Origin: Guillardia theta CCMP2712
Lineage: Eukaryota; Protista; Cryptophyta
Direction: 5' to 3'
NCBI RefSeq assembly: GCF_000315625.1
Contig: NW_005434660.1
Location: 894,743-929,976, forward strand
DNA length: 35,234 nt
The notes under the pieces were generated by a model. That model was not told the origin of the DNA and made no database searches. It saw nothing but the letters and a program-made list of their open reading frames with translations. The translations under genes were made by a program, and so were the position numbers. Of the stretch, positions 12,552 to 25,479 are shown one piece after another; position 1 is the first letter of the stretch, and each line of letters begins with the position of its first letter.

Positions 12552-14582
12552 ATGGACGACGACATCCCATCCTTCGACATCAGCACAAGTGTGCTTGTCC
12601 CCTTCATCGCCATCCTCGGATCATCTGCCCTTGCTCTCCGAGGCTTCTGGAGTGTCCTCTCCTCTCCTGGATGTACGGTCGGGGACGATCTCTCCAGTCA
12701 TTTCGCAGAGATCTCTTTCTTCGCTCAGAGCATCCGCCATGGCCGACTCGACTTCTGGTTCGACCAGGTCCAGCTCGGGTACCCTCTCTTCATGACCTAC
12801 TCTCCTCTCCCCCTCCTCCTCCTCGCCCCCGTCCTCCTCCTTGCCGGCGGGGACGTCGACCGCGAGCTGTTCGTTTTCCGCTTCATCCTCCTCATCCTCT
12901 GGGTCCTGGCGCCGATGGCGTGGTACAGAGGAGCCAGAGGCCTCGGGCTCGACAGGCTGCAGGCATCAGCGTGCTCCCTGCTATGGATGAGAGTCAGCGA
13001 CCAGCACTCGTTCGGGGTGGGAGTGAACGCGCTGCTGGGGAAAGGGCTCCTGTCGCACTTCATGGCCTGCCTCCTCCTCCCTCTGTGGGTGGGGAGCTTC
13101 TCCTCTCGACTGGCGGTGCTGATGCGTCAGGAGGAGGAGGAGGAGAGGAGGAGGAGGAGGAGAGGGTGGAGATGGCAGCAGGCGTTGAAGGGGAGCCTGT
13201 CACTCGTAGGAGGAGGACGGAGTCAGGTGGGGGAAAGTGGAGGCGGGGAGGGGAGCAGCGAGGATCGTTGCGGAGCTTCATGATGCAGCAGGAGGATCTC
13301 GCCTCTGCCCTCTGCTTCACCTTCATCCTTATGTCAAACACCTTCTCTGCCATCTTCGCGCTCATGGCCGGGGGCGTCCTGTGCCTTGCCCACTCCCGCC
13401 GGGTGCAGCAACTGCTGGAGAGCAGCTGGCTCCTAGCTAGGATTGTTCTCTTGGCAGCAGTATGCAACTTGTTCTGGATGATGAGGTTTCTGCTGCACGT
13501 CGGGGATCAGGGAGGGCTGCCGTTCAAGCACTGGCCCAACTTCAAGGGTGACAAGCCGTCTGCCGTGTGCCGGTTCCTCCTGTCGGGGGACGCGTTCGAT
13601 CACCCGGGCTATCCGCTATGCACGCTGGCGGCTCTTGTTGGGTTTGCATGCGCGAGCTCCGTGGGGGGAGAGAAGGGCTGTGCTGAAGACAAGCCGGCCG
13701 GAGGAGGAGCCAGGAGCGAGGAGAGGAGGAGCGAGGAGGGGAGGAGCGAGGAGGGGAAGAGCGAGGAGAGGAGGAGCGAGGAGAGGAGCGGGAAGGAGAG
13801 GAGCAGGGAGGACGTGCAGGAGTGGTTGCAGCGGCGAGTTTCAGAGCTGCGGGCGACTCCCCTGGAGCCCTTTGACCTGTCGCGCTTCATGCGTGCCCCG
13901 ACGCATGCGTGCCGGTCTCTGAAGCTCCTCCTCCTCCTCTCTGCTGTGATGCTTCACGGCCGTTCGAACCTGCGCGCAATCTACTCGCTCCTCCCCTTCC
14001 ACGACGACGTAGAGTCCATGAGATATATCCTCGGCGTGCATACAGCAGGGATCTTCCTGGGAGGGATAGCGGCAGCGTCTCCTATCAAGGTGAGAGCTTG
14101 CGCTCCCCTGCTGCGGGTGTTCTTCAACCCTCCTGCTCTCACCATGTTGTCGAAAGTTGTCCTGGCCGTGTGATCGCTGTGGATGAAAGTTGTGCTGCAG
14201 TTTCTGTGGGAGAAGATGAAAGAGAGGAGCAGGAGCTCGTTTGTTCGACTCTGCTGCTTCTTCACCCTCCTGTTCCTCTCCTCCACTNNNNNNNNNNNNN
14301 NNNNNNNNNNNNNNNNNNNNNNNNNNNNNNNNNNNNNNNNNNNNNNNNNNNNNNNNNNNNNNNNNNNNNNNNNNNNNNNNNNNNNNNAGATCGCGGGAGC
14401 TGATCATGCGCCGTATGCAACAGGAGATGACTGATAATTCATCAGTTTTGACATCAACAGCCTGGGCTACAGAGACATTGTAGAGCACCTGCGTGAAGAC
14501 AAGCGTCGAGGTATCCCTTTTACAATTTTGACATCCTCTCTCTTCCTCCTCCTCCTCCTCCTCCTCCTCCTCCTCCTCCTCC

Positions 14583-14629
<47 letters not shown>

Positions 14630-16242
14630 TCCATCATCCTCTTTCCTCCTCCTCACCTGAACTCCCAGCAGGTGCCGGGCACAGGTACATGGTACACCAG
14701 TCCACCCGCTCCCACTTCACGCTCAACATGCTCGCGCACGTGGCGGGGGCGGCAGGGCTGATCTCCTACTCTAGAGGCTACCACGACACCCTCAGCTTCT
14801 GGCACCTCGAGCACTTCAGCTGGACTCCAGCTCTGTTCCGCCTGTACAACGTAAAGCACGTGGTGGTCGCCAAGAAGAAGGTCCTGCAGGTGCCCAGCTA
14901 CATTTCTACCGTCTTCCCCAGCTGCGCTGCCAACGTCTCAATGGACGGGTGCATCTCCCAGCTCGGGAACGGGTACAGCCTCCACCAAGTTAGCGGGGAG
15001 TTCGGGCTGGTTGAGATCGTTTCCTCCCCGCTTGTCGTCTGCTCGAGAGGAGGGTACAAGTCCCCTGCCCTCCGCTACCTCCTGCTCAATATCACCCGGG
15101 GTATGTACGAGCAAGGCATGCTGCCCAGCCTCAGCAGGGGTTCCTGCTCTGGAGCAGGAGGAGCAGGAGGAGCAGGAAGGGGGAAAGATACTTTGGAGGG
15201 AGCTGGGGAGAGAGACGTGCTGGAGGTGCTGGAGAGCAACTCGGAGTACGTGAAGAGGAAAGGTCTCGAGGGGCCGGTGGCCCTGCAGCAGGCGATAGAG
15301 AAGTTTGCGGCCTACAATCTCCGCCTTGTGGGAATGGAGACGATCAAAGCTGGGCTAGAGCAGGTCAGTAAGCTGGTGCAGGTTGCGGTGGAGTCGAGAT
15401 GGGGAGCGGGGATGGAGGGCAGCGGGAGGAGCAGGTGCGAGGTTGTGAGGGAGGAGGAACGTGATCCTGGGAGGGTGGCGGCGAGAGTGAAGTGCCATGG
15501 CGGGTTCAGGCCGGCGGGTTCGGATGTTGTCGTGCTGAAGATGAGCTTTCACTCGCTGTGGACTGTGGTGGCGAGGTGGAGGGAGGAGGGGCGGGGGAAG
15601 GAGAAGCGCGTGGAGCACTTTGCGGTTTCTCCAAACCTGATCGGGGTGAGTAGGGAAGAGGAGGAGGAGGAACAGGGAGAGGAAACAGCCAGGAGAGGAG
15701 AGGAGGGGAGTGGATAGGGAGGAAAAAGGCGAGGAAAGAACGAGGGGCCAGGAGCAGAGAGCCAGGAGTTGGAGCGAGGAACAAGGAGCAAGCAGCGAGC
15801 AGGGAGCAGGGAGACAGGGGGAGCAAGGAGGGGAGAGGAGGAGTTGATGTTGAGTTGACTCATGTCTTTCACCGCAGGTCTCCATGTTGGACTTCAAGGA
15901 GGGCTTCGAGGACGGACAGGAGGTTATCAGTCGTTTGCCGTCTTACATGCTCTCACCTCTCTTCTCCTCTTAGGTTGAGTTGCTCTTCGCGTTCCGCAAC
16001 CCAAGAGATCAGCACGTGAGCAGACTTGCGGTGTGATGTCCATGCTGGCTCACTCGCTCCACGGCAGATTCTTTTCGTCTTCTCTGTTGTGTTGTTGTTG
16101 TACATGATGTACCGGATGCTTCGAGATGGTGAGTCTTTGTGTGTTGTTCTTTCGCCGCCACTGACGATGACGGTCGTCAGCGTCGTACAAGTCTTGCAAG
16201 GAGTTGAAGATGACGTTGTTGAGGTTTCTTTCTTATATGTGA
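12552..16242 (+). CDS. Polytopic membrane protein, GT-C-like (PTPS-related/YfhO-like putative glycosyltransferase); multi-exon, spans gap 14288-14387
   Basis: The first TM is followed by GDDLSSH..FWFDQVQLGYPLFMTYSPLP, then many hydrophobic helices, a soluble domain, a YfhO-like VVVLKMSFHSLW..AVSPNLIG segment and a terminal TM (ILFVFSVVLLLYMMY). An intron at about 13227-13291 joins the two long ORFs. An alternative ATG lies at 12447. Confidence 0.65.
14545..14630 (+). repeat. Compound (CCT)n-(CAT)n microsatellite, intronic
   Basis: Direct inspection. Confidence 0.9.
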
Positions 16243-16599
16243 TGAACAAGAGTGTTCATCGCAAGTCCTTCTGACATTTTTCGATCAGCAAGCAACCACA
16301 TCGGAAATTTCGACTTCGCAAGGCCGAGTAGATTCTGACATGTCCCGCTCGTTTACTAGCTAGTTTACAAGATGTTCACAAAAAAGCGCAACCACGAACG
16401 AGAATCTCCTGAGACTTTCAAATTTTGCTTCTTGATTTCAGGTTCCACTTTGACCTTCTTGCCCCAACAGTTGATCGTCCTTTTTTGCACCAACTCCTCC
16501 AGCACCTTTTCTGCTCCTCTCGTATTCCACATTCCTCCTCCTCTTCCTCCTCCTCCTCCTCTCCATCCAGCTTCTCTCCCCTCTCTCCTCCCCCTCCTC

Positions 16600-17022
16600 T
16601 CATCGTTCCTCATTCGCTCGCATCTTCAACGGCCAGTCCTCATGCTGTGGCAAGTCGTCGTTGAGACTGAGGCAGGACAGTCGCTCCAGCACGTAGGCGT
16701 GGAACTGAGGAGGAGGAGGATCCTCCATCAGCGCGCAAGGAACTTCGATCACGTCCGCCATGCATGTCTCCCGGCAGTCGCCGAAGACATAGGTACCGCA
16801 CATTTTGCAGAAGTAGCGGATCATGCGGTTGGCCACGTAGGAGCCCAGGGAGGAGGAGGAGGAAGGGGGCGGAGGGGAGGAGGACGGCGAGAGGGAGAAG
16901 GAGGAGGAGGAGGAGGTGAAGGAGATCTTGACTTGCTCTTTCTCGAAACCTGCGCCATGGAAGACAGGCGCTCCTGTTGTCCTCCTGGTAGAACAGGTGA
17001 GAGAAGCAAAGAGGAGGGACGA

Positions 17023-17063
<41 letters not shown>

Positions 17064-17167
17064 GGAGGGGATCGGGAAGTTGTAGATGGATCGAAGCGGT
17101 AAGAAACAAATCGATGAGGAAAGGGGAAGGAGGATGAGGGGGATTGTCAGAACGAGGACGAAACCAA

Positions 17168-17238
<71 letters not shown>

Positions 17239-18407
17239 AGCAAGGATAAGGATACCTGCACTCCTTGCAGTGGCAGTAGGCAGAGAACAGAGGGTCTCCT
17301 TCGCAGTTAACAGCAACTTCTCCGCAGAGACATGTGACGCGGTATCCCTTGCGATGAGCGTGAACAACGTGTTGTCCTGCCGCAGACTTGAGTCGAAAGA
17401 CAAGAACAATGAGCCGGCCGGAGGAGGAGGAGGAGCCCGATGAGCCCGAGGCGCAGGAGCAGGAGCAGGAGCAGGAGGAGCAGGAGGAGCAGGAGCAGGA
17501 GCAGGAGGAGCAGGAGGAGCAGGAGCNNNNNNNNNNNNNNNNNNNNNNNNNNNNNNNNNNNNNNNNNNNNNNNNNNNNNNNNNNNNNNNNNNNNNNNNNN
17601 NNNNNNNNNNNNNNNNNNNNNNNNNNTTCCTCCCTCCTCCCCCATCTATACTTCCATCCATCTATCCCATGTCCTCCATTCTACTCACTCATCCTTGCAA
17701 GGGACTTGCAGCATGCAGAACTCGTTCTCATCGTGTGGCTCGTGCCTCGTCCACTGCTCACACCGTCAGAGCTCCACCGTCAGCCCCACTTCACCCACGT
17801 CTGCGTGCTTGTCCTTCCTGTGCCTGGCCAGTGCCGAATGGCTCCGATAGTCTCTCGTGCATCCATTCACGTTGCAACGGAAATGTGATACCTGCACTGC
17901 TCTTCACCTCCACCACCACCTCCTCCTCCCCCTCCTTCTCAACCCTCAGCGAGCGCCTCACCCGCGTTGAGACAAGCGCCTGCGGTGTGAGTTTGAGGTC
18001 GGACGGGGTCAGGTAGTCGTAGAGTTGTCTGCTGTCGCTGTCGTCTGCATCATCATCCCCTGCAGTCGCTCGCTCGACCTGCGTCCTCTTGAGAATTGAA
18101 CATCACTCATCCACACAAGAACCTTCTTCGAAGGCACCGTTGCAGTAAATCTCGCACACAGCTCCCCGTTGTCATGGTTGTCAAACTCCCTCCGCCGCTT
18201 CGCATCAACCCGTTGGTCTACATGCTCGTCAGGGCTGTGCTTGCTGTCATTCGGCGACCCCGGGGATGCGACTTCGTTGGTCTTCCCGCCAAGCTCGCAA
18301 GCATCTGGATCGCATCTTTCTCCTTGCTGAGCTCTTCGGCGTCGTCTGTCATGGAAAGAATCTTTGCTGATAACACCGTCGGCTTTCTGCGTCCTTTGCC
18401 AAGTCAT
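16600..18407 (-). CDS. C2H2 zinc finger plus GFA/CENP-V (Mss4-like) domain protein; may be two genes separated by gap 17527-17626
   Basis: Exon 17891-17799 reads VSHFRCNVNGCTRDYRSHSALARHRKDKHAD. Downstream exons read YRVTCLCGEV..FSAYCHCKECR|RTTGAP..RYFCKMCGT..PQFHAY..LNDDLPQH, the full GFA Cys pattern. The CLCG/CHC exon is in a frame not shown in the ORF track. Confidence 0.75.
17170..17236 (+). repeat. (GAGCAG)n microsatellite in intron of the GFA gene; similar tract at 17452-17526 runs into a gap
   Basis: Direct inspection. Confidence 0.9.
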
Positions 18408-19792
18408 TCAACGTCTTTCCTCAACTCTGCAGAACCTCCTCCTATACCTCCCATTCTCCTCCTACACCTCCTCCTATGCCTCCATTCCATTCCAGGACAC
18501 GAGAAGTAGTATTAACAAACTAGTTTGCTTCCAATGTGACTCTTTTCGCTATGCTCTCCCCACTTTCTCCGCCTCAAAACTGAAAAATCCGCGCCGCTCC
18601 GCAGCAAGTTAACTTTGTTATGGATAAATGATCCTTGCGATGCTATATCTGCGTTGCTCAACGAGTTTCTTCTCTGATCGCTACTTCTCCTGATATCGTC
18701 TTCTTTGCCCTCATCTCCGTTCCGTCCATTTATCCCTCCACCTCCTCCACCTCCACCTCCTCCTCCTCTCCCCCATCCATTGCGGACGATAGTCTGAAAA
18801 CACTCGTACCCCTTCTCTTCACCCCTACCCCCCCAGATCAGCACAAGTACCACCCTCTTTTCAACAAAACCACCCCCATTCAATATCTATGTTCCCTCTA
18901 ATCCCACCCCCTTGTTCCCCATTAATTCCACCCCTATCAGACAGACATACGACCCACCTCCCTGTACCAACACGTTCACGCTGACATCACCCCACTTTGC
19001 TCTCTAGAATTGGGGGGTGGTCAGGGCAGCAATTCAGTACGTGCGACGATATTAGATACGATGGGGTGGGTAGTCTGTGTAGAAAAGGGGGTAGGGGGTT
19101 GCCCTTGCACATAAGAGGGGCGGTAGCAGCAAGTGGAGCAGGACAGGAGGAGGAGGAGGAGGAGGACGAGGAGGAGGAGGAGGAGGAGGTGCAGCAGCAG
19201 CAGGTGGAGCAGCAGCAGCAGCAGCAGGTGGAGCAGCAGCAGGTGTAGCAAGAGCAGATGCAGGCGGGAGCAGGCGGATCGATGGCAGGGGAAGGGGGAT
19301 GGGCAAGGAGTAGGATGAAGAGCAGGAGCAGCAAGGCAAAATTGACAAGAATCACACCCCCTGCCGATTATGGTGATGATGAGAAGTCGTAGTAATGCAA
19401 AGATGAAATGATTGAGTTTCTGCGAACAATTTTAGAAACATTGATGTGTGACGCTTGGATATTCTTTGGTCTCGTAGCTGCGAAGGATTTCACTTGTCCT
19501 GGGTCGCCGAGCTCCCGGCAGCTAACATTAATGTTGTCAACTTTGATGGTTGAGATTCCTTCTCTTGTTTTGCCTGATGGGGAATGTATCTTGACAACAG
19601 TGTTCCACGTGTAACTTACGATGTCTTTATAATTTAACAGACATATTTCTAAAGCAAGAAAATTTTCACAAGTGGATCATTTTAGTCTCCTTCAGATTCA
19701 GTCATCACAAATGATACATGTGGTATGCCCGATCCAACTCTCCTCCTCTCCCCTCTCGCCTTAACTCCCTCCCTCATTCCTCCCCGGTATCC

Positions 19793-22044
19793 TCATTCAT
19801 GATCCTCCCCTAGCAGCCCCACCAGCGTCACGTCTGCCTCCTCCTGCCTCCGCATCAAGTACGAGTAGCGGTAGGGCTCCTGCATCCCCACCAGCACGTC
19901 AGACCCCCCCACCTGACTCCCCGACCTGCAACGCACCTCGACGGCGGTCTTGAACACCTGCTCTCCCCGTCAGCTCAGCCCCTCCTAGCCCTCCTCCTCC
20001 CTCCTCCTCCCCAACGTCGTCAAGACTCCGATCCTTACCCTCTGCCGCCCCCCCCCCTCACGTCCTCCCTCCTACCTGTCCTTGATGTCGGATCGCGTCC
20101 GACGTGACGGTCCACGTCCTCGTGTGGAAGCAGATGCTGCGCAGCCGACCAGAATGAGGAAGGGCCCGAGGATGCAACAGCCGGACAAACTCACTTGTCC
20201 TCTACTCCACAGAAGAAGGCGGTGAACTTGAACTCCTCCTCCTGTCCCGTCCAGTGCCCCACGAGCCGTAGGACTTGGAACTCGTCTGAACGCGGAGCAC
20301 ACCCTCAGCATCACATGGTCCCACTGCCAGCGCCCTCCTCACCTCCCATCCTCGCCACAGGCGATCCGTCCATCGGCTGCTTTAGCAGGCAGCTCCAGGA
20401 TGTTTTGAATCCCCCGAGCACCTGTGACAATTCAACAAGTCCGTCCAAGAATCCTTCTTCCCAATCTCTCATTTTCTCCTGCTCCTCGTAACATTTCTGC
20501 CTTTGTATTCTGCCTGCCTACCATCGATCGAACTCCTATCCCTTGAGCGTACTCAGGGCCTCGCCCAATCGCTTTCATGTTGTTCCTCAACTCTCTACGT
20601 GAACCTGCTACTGATCTCTCCTTCATCTTTGGCCTCCCTACCCGACATTTGTATGTACGTGCAACTTTCACCTCTGCCCTCCTCCCTTTTCAGCTCGTTC
20701 TCACCTGAGGAAGAAGAATCCGGACAAAAGCATGTATGCAGAGTATCCCGCTGCTGTTCGGGTCAAACGTCACGTGAATCTGATGCCTTCTTGCAAGGAA
20801 CGAGAAGACAGCGTCCTGCGCTGACGCTACACCAACCACGACGTCACTCCTCCCTCTAGCCGACAAGAGACAAGTCCACCTAGACGTGCCATGGCTCCTT
20901 GCCTGATCCACTCGATGATCGAGACGGAGGCATCCGATTCTCGGAACGCCGGCATGTGCAACGACAGAAAGTTTCTATTGCTGCAAGTATTTTGTCAGCT
21001 TTGGCCAGCTCACTCCTGATGTTAAGCTCATCGCAAACTTCAAGACAAAATCACCAGCACCCAGTGCAAACAATTTTCACAATTATGCTAATTGACCGAA
21101 GGTTTCCCAATCTTGCAAGCTCACCATGGTAATCCGTGATTTTGCATCGCCCCGTCTACCTTCCACGGCGCCGAGTTCGACCCCTCCGCACTGTACATGT
21201 ACACCCCGAACAGATGCCGCAAGTTCACCCTCCCCCACTCCGGGCCCCTCACCCTCTCCATATCCCCTGACACCATGAACATCCTCTCCCTCCCCTCCCT
21301 CGTCCACATCGCTTCCATCCGCACCTTCACCATCACCACCGTGTACTTCCGAAACACCCTCAGCATCACCTCGACCCCCCCACCTCCTCCCGCCTTCCTC
21401 CCCTCTACCCCCTGCGCCCGCCTCCCGTACTCCCGCAGCCTGTCCGCGTCGTCCGTGTCCACAAAGTGCATCAAGCTCTGCCCCACCTGCTCGCACAGCC
21501 CCGTCACCCTCTCCTCTCCCACCCGGGCAAACACATCGAGCCCCTCCCTCCTCCTCACCATGGTCGTCCCGAACACTGACTCCCGGTACTCGCCCTCGAA
21601 GCCTGCGCTCATTCTCCGGATCCTCCAGCTCGGAAGCTCCACCACCACCATCCGCTCCCGGTGGCTCGTGAGCATGGCATCGAGCAGAATCTCCCCCGTG
21701 CAGCTCGAGGGCTGGTCGCTTCTTGAAGCAGCAGGGGCTAGGGCCTGGCTGGAGGGAGCAGAGTGGGAACGTCGGAGCGCTCTGACATGGTCGACAGCAT
21801 CGGCGAGGAGCTGTTCTCGGTTCCTCCCCGAAGGCAGATGTCCTTTCAGGATCTGCGATGCCCACTGCTGCCCTACAGGTATGCAAACATCGAGGCGGAT
21901 CAGAAGGTCGTTGGCAACGGCTCGTTCGCGCAGTTTGCACTCTTTCTGGAGCTGTCGCTTTCTGGCATTCCTCATGTCTTGGTGCTTCTTAAGCTCCAGG
22001 GTGTGAAAGTTGTATGGTTCGACCTTCACTGCTTCCTGGTGCAT
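19793..22044 (-). CDS. bHLH-PAS-like transcription factor with additional C-terminal domain, copy A, multi-exon
   Basis: Basic-helix1 RKRQLQKECKLRERAVANDLLIRLDVCIP; helix2 RNREQLLADAVDHVRALR; PAS-like MVVVELPSWRIRRMSAGF..|VGQSLMHFVDTDDADRL after removing a 72-nt in-frame intron (21558-21487). Further GT-AG introns (21124-20981, 20704-20422 and others) extend the frame to LVGLLGEDHE*. Confidence 0.7.
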
Positions 22045-25000
22045 ATCGATGTTTGAATCTACCGCATCGTCACAAGGGTCTTAGCCTGGTTTCCTGTTGA
22101 GCCATCAAACGTTTGACTTAATACCTTGGGCCCCTTGTCGATTCCACAGACCATACACCACATCTCTGGTTTTTAAAATCAAGGCAAAGATCAGTACTAA
22201 ACTGTGATAAAGTTTCAAAACGTGAATGTATCAAGAAATGTCTATTTAAGTAGTTTGTCCCTCCTCAACACTTATCAATGCTAATGCGGCACCGAGCCAA
22301 TCGGACCAACATGTGCAAACTTCCTTCACCTTGTTCAGATCATTTCAAACACCTTTCTACTCACATCATCTCCAGCCTGCCCTCTTCAACCTCTACCCTC
22401 CCATGCTTTCATATTTTGCTTGTTTCTTACCCTTTTCTTGCAATGTTCTCTATTCCCTATTCCGTGTCTCTCCGCATCTCTCCCCTATCTTCTGCCCCCA
22501 TCTCACCATCTTTCCATTCATTCGCCCCCTCCTTTCCTCGCCTTCTCCTCCTCGCATCCTCCCTCCCCATTCCCATCCATCCCCATCCCCATCCCCATCC
22601 CCATCCCTCCTGTTCTCTTCCCCTCGCTCATTCGCATCGAAATTTGTTGCTGGCAGCTCTATTTCCTGCTCTGGACTTGGGGTGTCAGGGGTAGAACCAC
22701 CCTATGAAACGTCAGGGTAGTCACATGTTATTTGAAGGGGTAGTCGTCACAGAAGATCTGGAGATGGGCTCCTGGGGGGTGGGTATACAAGAAATGAAAC
22801 GACGTGCATGAAAGGGACATGTAATGCCGTTACAAAAACCGTTTTTATCTAGGTCTACATAGAGACCGCAGAAGATGGGAGACCGTTTTGCCGGAGGACG
22901 GGACAACTGGGGGACAACAGGACGGGGACAGGATATGTTCTGGGGTGGGGTGGTATATCCAGTAGTACCCACCATACCATTTCAGTGCAGAGGTGGGTTA
23001 AAAGTAGGGGTCTCCAAGATACTTGTGACTGTGAAGATAAAAAGCAATCACGGCCATGAGCCGTGTAAATACTTGTTGAGAGCATGGGCGGAGAAGGGGA
23101 GGGCGAGAAAGAAGAGCGGAGAGGAGAAGTGCAGAATGCAGGGAGAGATAGAAAGAATAAGGTTAGGCAAAGGAAGGAGAGAGGAAAGTGGAAGATAGAC
23201 AGAGTAGATAGTAGGGGAGAAAAAAATGAATTGAAAACAAGTCACCGAGCAAGTATGTGAAGATGTCCGTAAAAAAGACAAGAGAGCAAAGCATGAGACA
23301 GAGAAAAGGTGGAGCAAGTAGCAAGCCGTCTACCACCGACATGTGAAGCTGACGGGTTGACGCAGGGGAGTTCTAATGTGCCTGCATAGCTGTGAAACAA
23401 ACCTCAACTATTGCTGACAATGCATACAACTGCATACAACATTGACACCCTGGAGCTTAAGAAGCACAAAGACATGAGGAATGCCAGAAAGCGAGAGCTC
23501 CAGAAAGAGTGCAAGGCAAGAGAACGAGCCCTAACAACCGACCTTCTGTCCCAGCTCGACCACAAGGTCCCGACCACCAGAATGTCAACGGACAAGCATA
23601 AGGGGCAGCTCCCTTCGGGGAGGAACCGAGAACAGCTCCTTGCCGATGCTGTCGACCATGTCAGAGCGCTCCGACGTTCCCACTCTGCTCCCTCCAACCA
23701 GGCCCTAGCCCCTGCTGCTTCAAGGAACGACCAGCCCTCGAGCTGCACGGGGGAGATTCTGCTCGATGCCATGCTCACGAGCCACCGGGAGCGGATGGTG
23801 GTGGTGGAGCTTCCGAGCTGGAGGATCCGGAGAATGAGCGCAGGCTTCGAGGGCGAGTACCGGGAGTCAGTGTTCGGGACGACCATGGTGAGGAGGAGGG
23901 AGGGGCTCGATGTGTTTGCCCGGGTGGGAGAGGAGAGGGTGACGGGGCTGTGCGAGCAGGTGGGGCAGAGCTTGATGCACTTTGTGGACACGGACGACGC
24001 GGACAGGCTGCGGGAGTACGGGAGGCGGGCGCAGGGGGTAGAGGGGAGGAAGGCGGGAGGAGGTGGGGGGGTCGAGGTGATGCTGAGGGTGTTTCGGAAG
24101 TACACGGTGGTGATGGTGAGGGTGCGGATGGAAGCGATGTGGACGAGGGAGGGGAGGGAGGGGATGTTCATGGTGTCAGGGGATATGGAGAGGGTGAGGG
24201 GCCCGGAGTGGGGGAGGGTGAACTTGCGGCATCTGTTCGGGGTGTACATGTACAGTACGGAGGGGTCGAACTCGGCGCCGTGGAAGGTAGACGGGGCGAT
24301 GAAAGCGTATGGTCTGAGCAAGTAAGCAGAAGATGGGGTATGAGAGTTCTGTTGAGGTTGTAACCCCTTTGTAGTCAAGTGGGATTCCTGGGGCTCTACA
24401 TGCCGGCGTTCCGAGAATCGGATGCCTCCGTCTCGATCATCGAGTGGATCAGGCAAGGAGCCATGGCACGTCTAGGTGGACTTGTCTCTTGTCGGCTAGA
24501 GGGAGGAGTGACGTCGTGGTTGGTGTAGCGTCAGCGCAGGACGCTGTCTTCTCGTTCCTTGCAACAAGGCATCAAGCACATGTAATGTTTGACCCGAACA
24601 GCAGCGGGATGCTCTGCACGCAGATTCATGTTCGGATACTCCTGCCGCAGGTGATTGAAAGGTGGCATGTGCCACGAAGTCGAGGAGAGGAGTAGTAGAC
24701 GTAGCGCAGGGTCAGTTGTGAAGGGAGAGGTTCACGGGAATCTGGAAAGGATCAGGGGAGGAGCAAGGGAGACGATGGTAGGGGAGGAGGATCTAGGGAT
24801 CTAGGGAGTCATTCGCAGTTGCTCATGATGCGTGGACGAAGATGCTCGGAGGATTCAAGTCACCTTGGATGCGGCTGATGAAGCTGCCGGTGGATGGCTC
24901 AGAGATAAAGGAAGCGAGAGGTTGACTATCCTTTCCTCCTCTTGCTCCTCCGGGTGCTGCTCTGACAGCTTGTGGAGCAGGTGTCAACTCTATGGTGCGG

Positions 25001-25479
25001 CTCGTGGGACACTGGACGGGACAGGAGGAGGAGTTCAAGTTCACCGCCTTCTTCTGTGGAGTAGAGGACAAGTGAGTTTGTCCGGCTGTTGCATCCTCGG
25101 GCCCTTCCTCATTCTGGTCGGCTGCGCAGCATCTGCTTCCACACGAGGACTTGGACCTTCACGTCGGACGCGATCCGACATCAAGGACAGGTAGGAGGGA
25201 GGACGTGGGAGGGGGGGGGGGGCGGGGGCGAGGAGGGTAAGGATCGGAGTCTTTACTTTTACGACGTTGGGGAGGAGGAGGGAGGAGGAGGGCTAGGAGG
25301 GGCTGAGCTGACGGGGAGAGCAGGTGTTCAAGACCGCCGTCGAGGTGCGTTGCAGGTCGGGGAGTCAGGTGGGGGGGTCTGACGTGCTGGTGGGGATGCA
25401 GGAGCCCTACCGCTACTCGTACTTGATGCGGAGGCAGGAGGAGGCAGACGTGACGCTGGTGGGGCTGCTAGGGGAGGAT
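19802..25479. repeat. Large inverted duplication: arms about 19802-22016 and 23433-25479, spacer about 1.4 kb
   Basis: Reverse-complement matches at the outer ends (atcctcccctagcagccccaccagcg) and inner ends (catacaac..acaccctggagcttaagaagcac), with long near-identical internal blocks. Confidence 0.95.

Noticed and set aside
13227-13291. Apparent frameshift or pseudogene in the GT-C-like gene
   Set aside because: A canonical GT-AG intron restores the frame.
18987-19614. Possible gene in the Glu/Gln/Cys-repeat region
   Set aside because: Low-complexity (GAG)/(CAG) repeats; no coherent spliced frame found.
23404-24456. 350-aa antisense ORF (and 21197-22006 +) overlapping the bHLH-PAS genes
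   Set aside because: Shadow ORFs of GC-rich coding sequence; Ser/Pro/Thr-rich with no motif, and shared only because the sense genes are duplicated.
19802-25479. Inverted arms as TIRs of a transposon
   Set aside because: The arms coincide with intron-containing genes; no transposase or target-site duplication seen.
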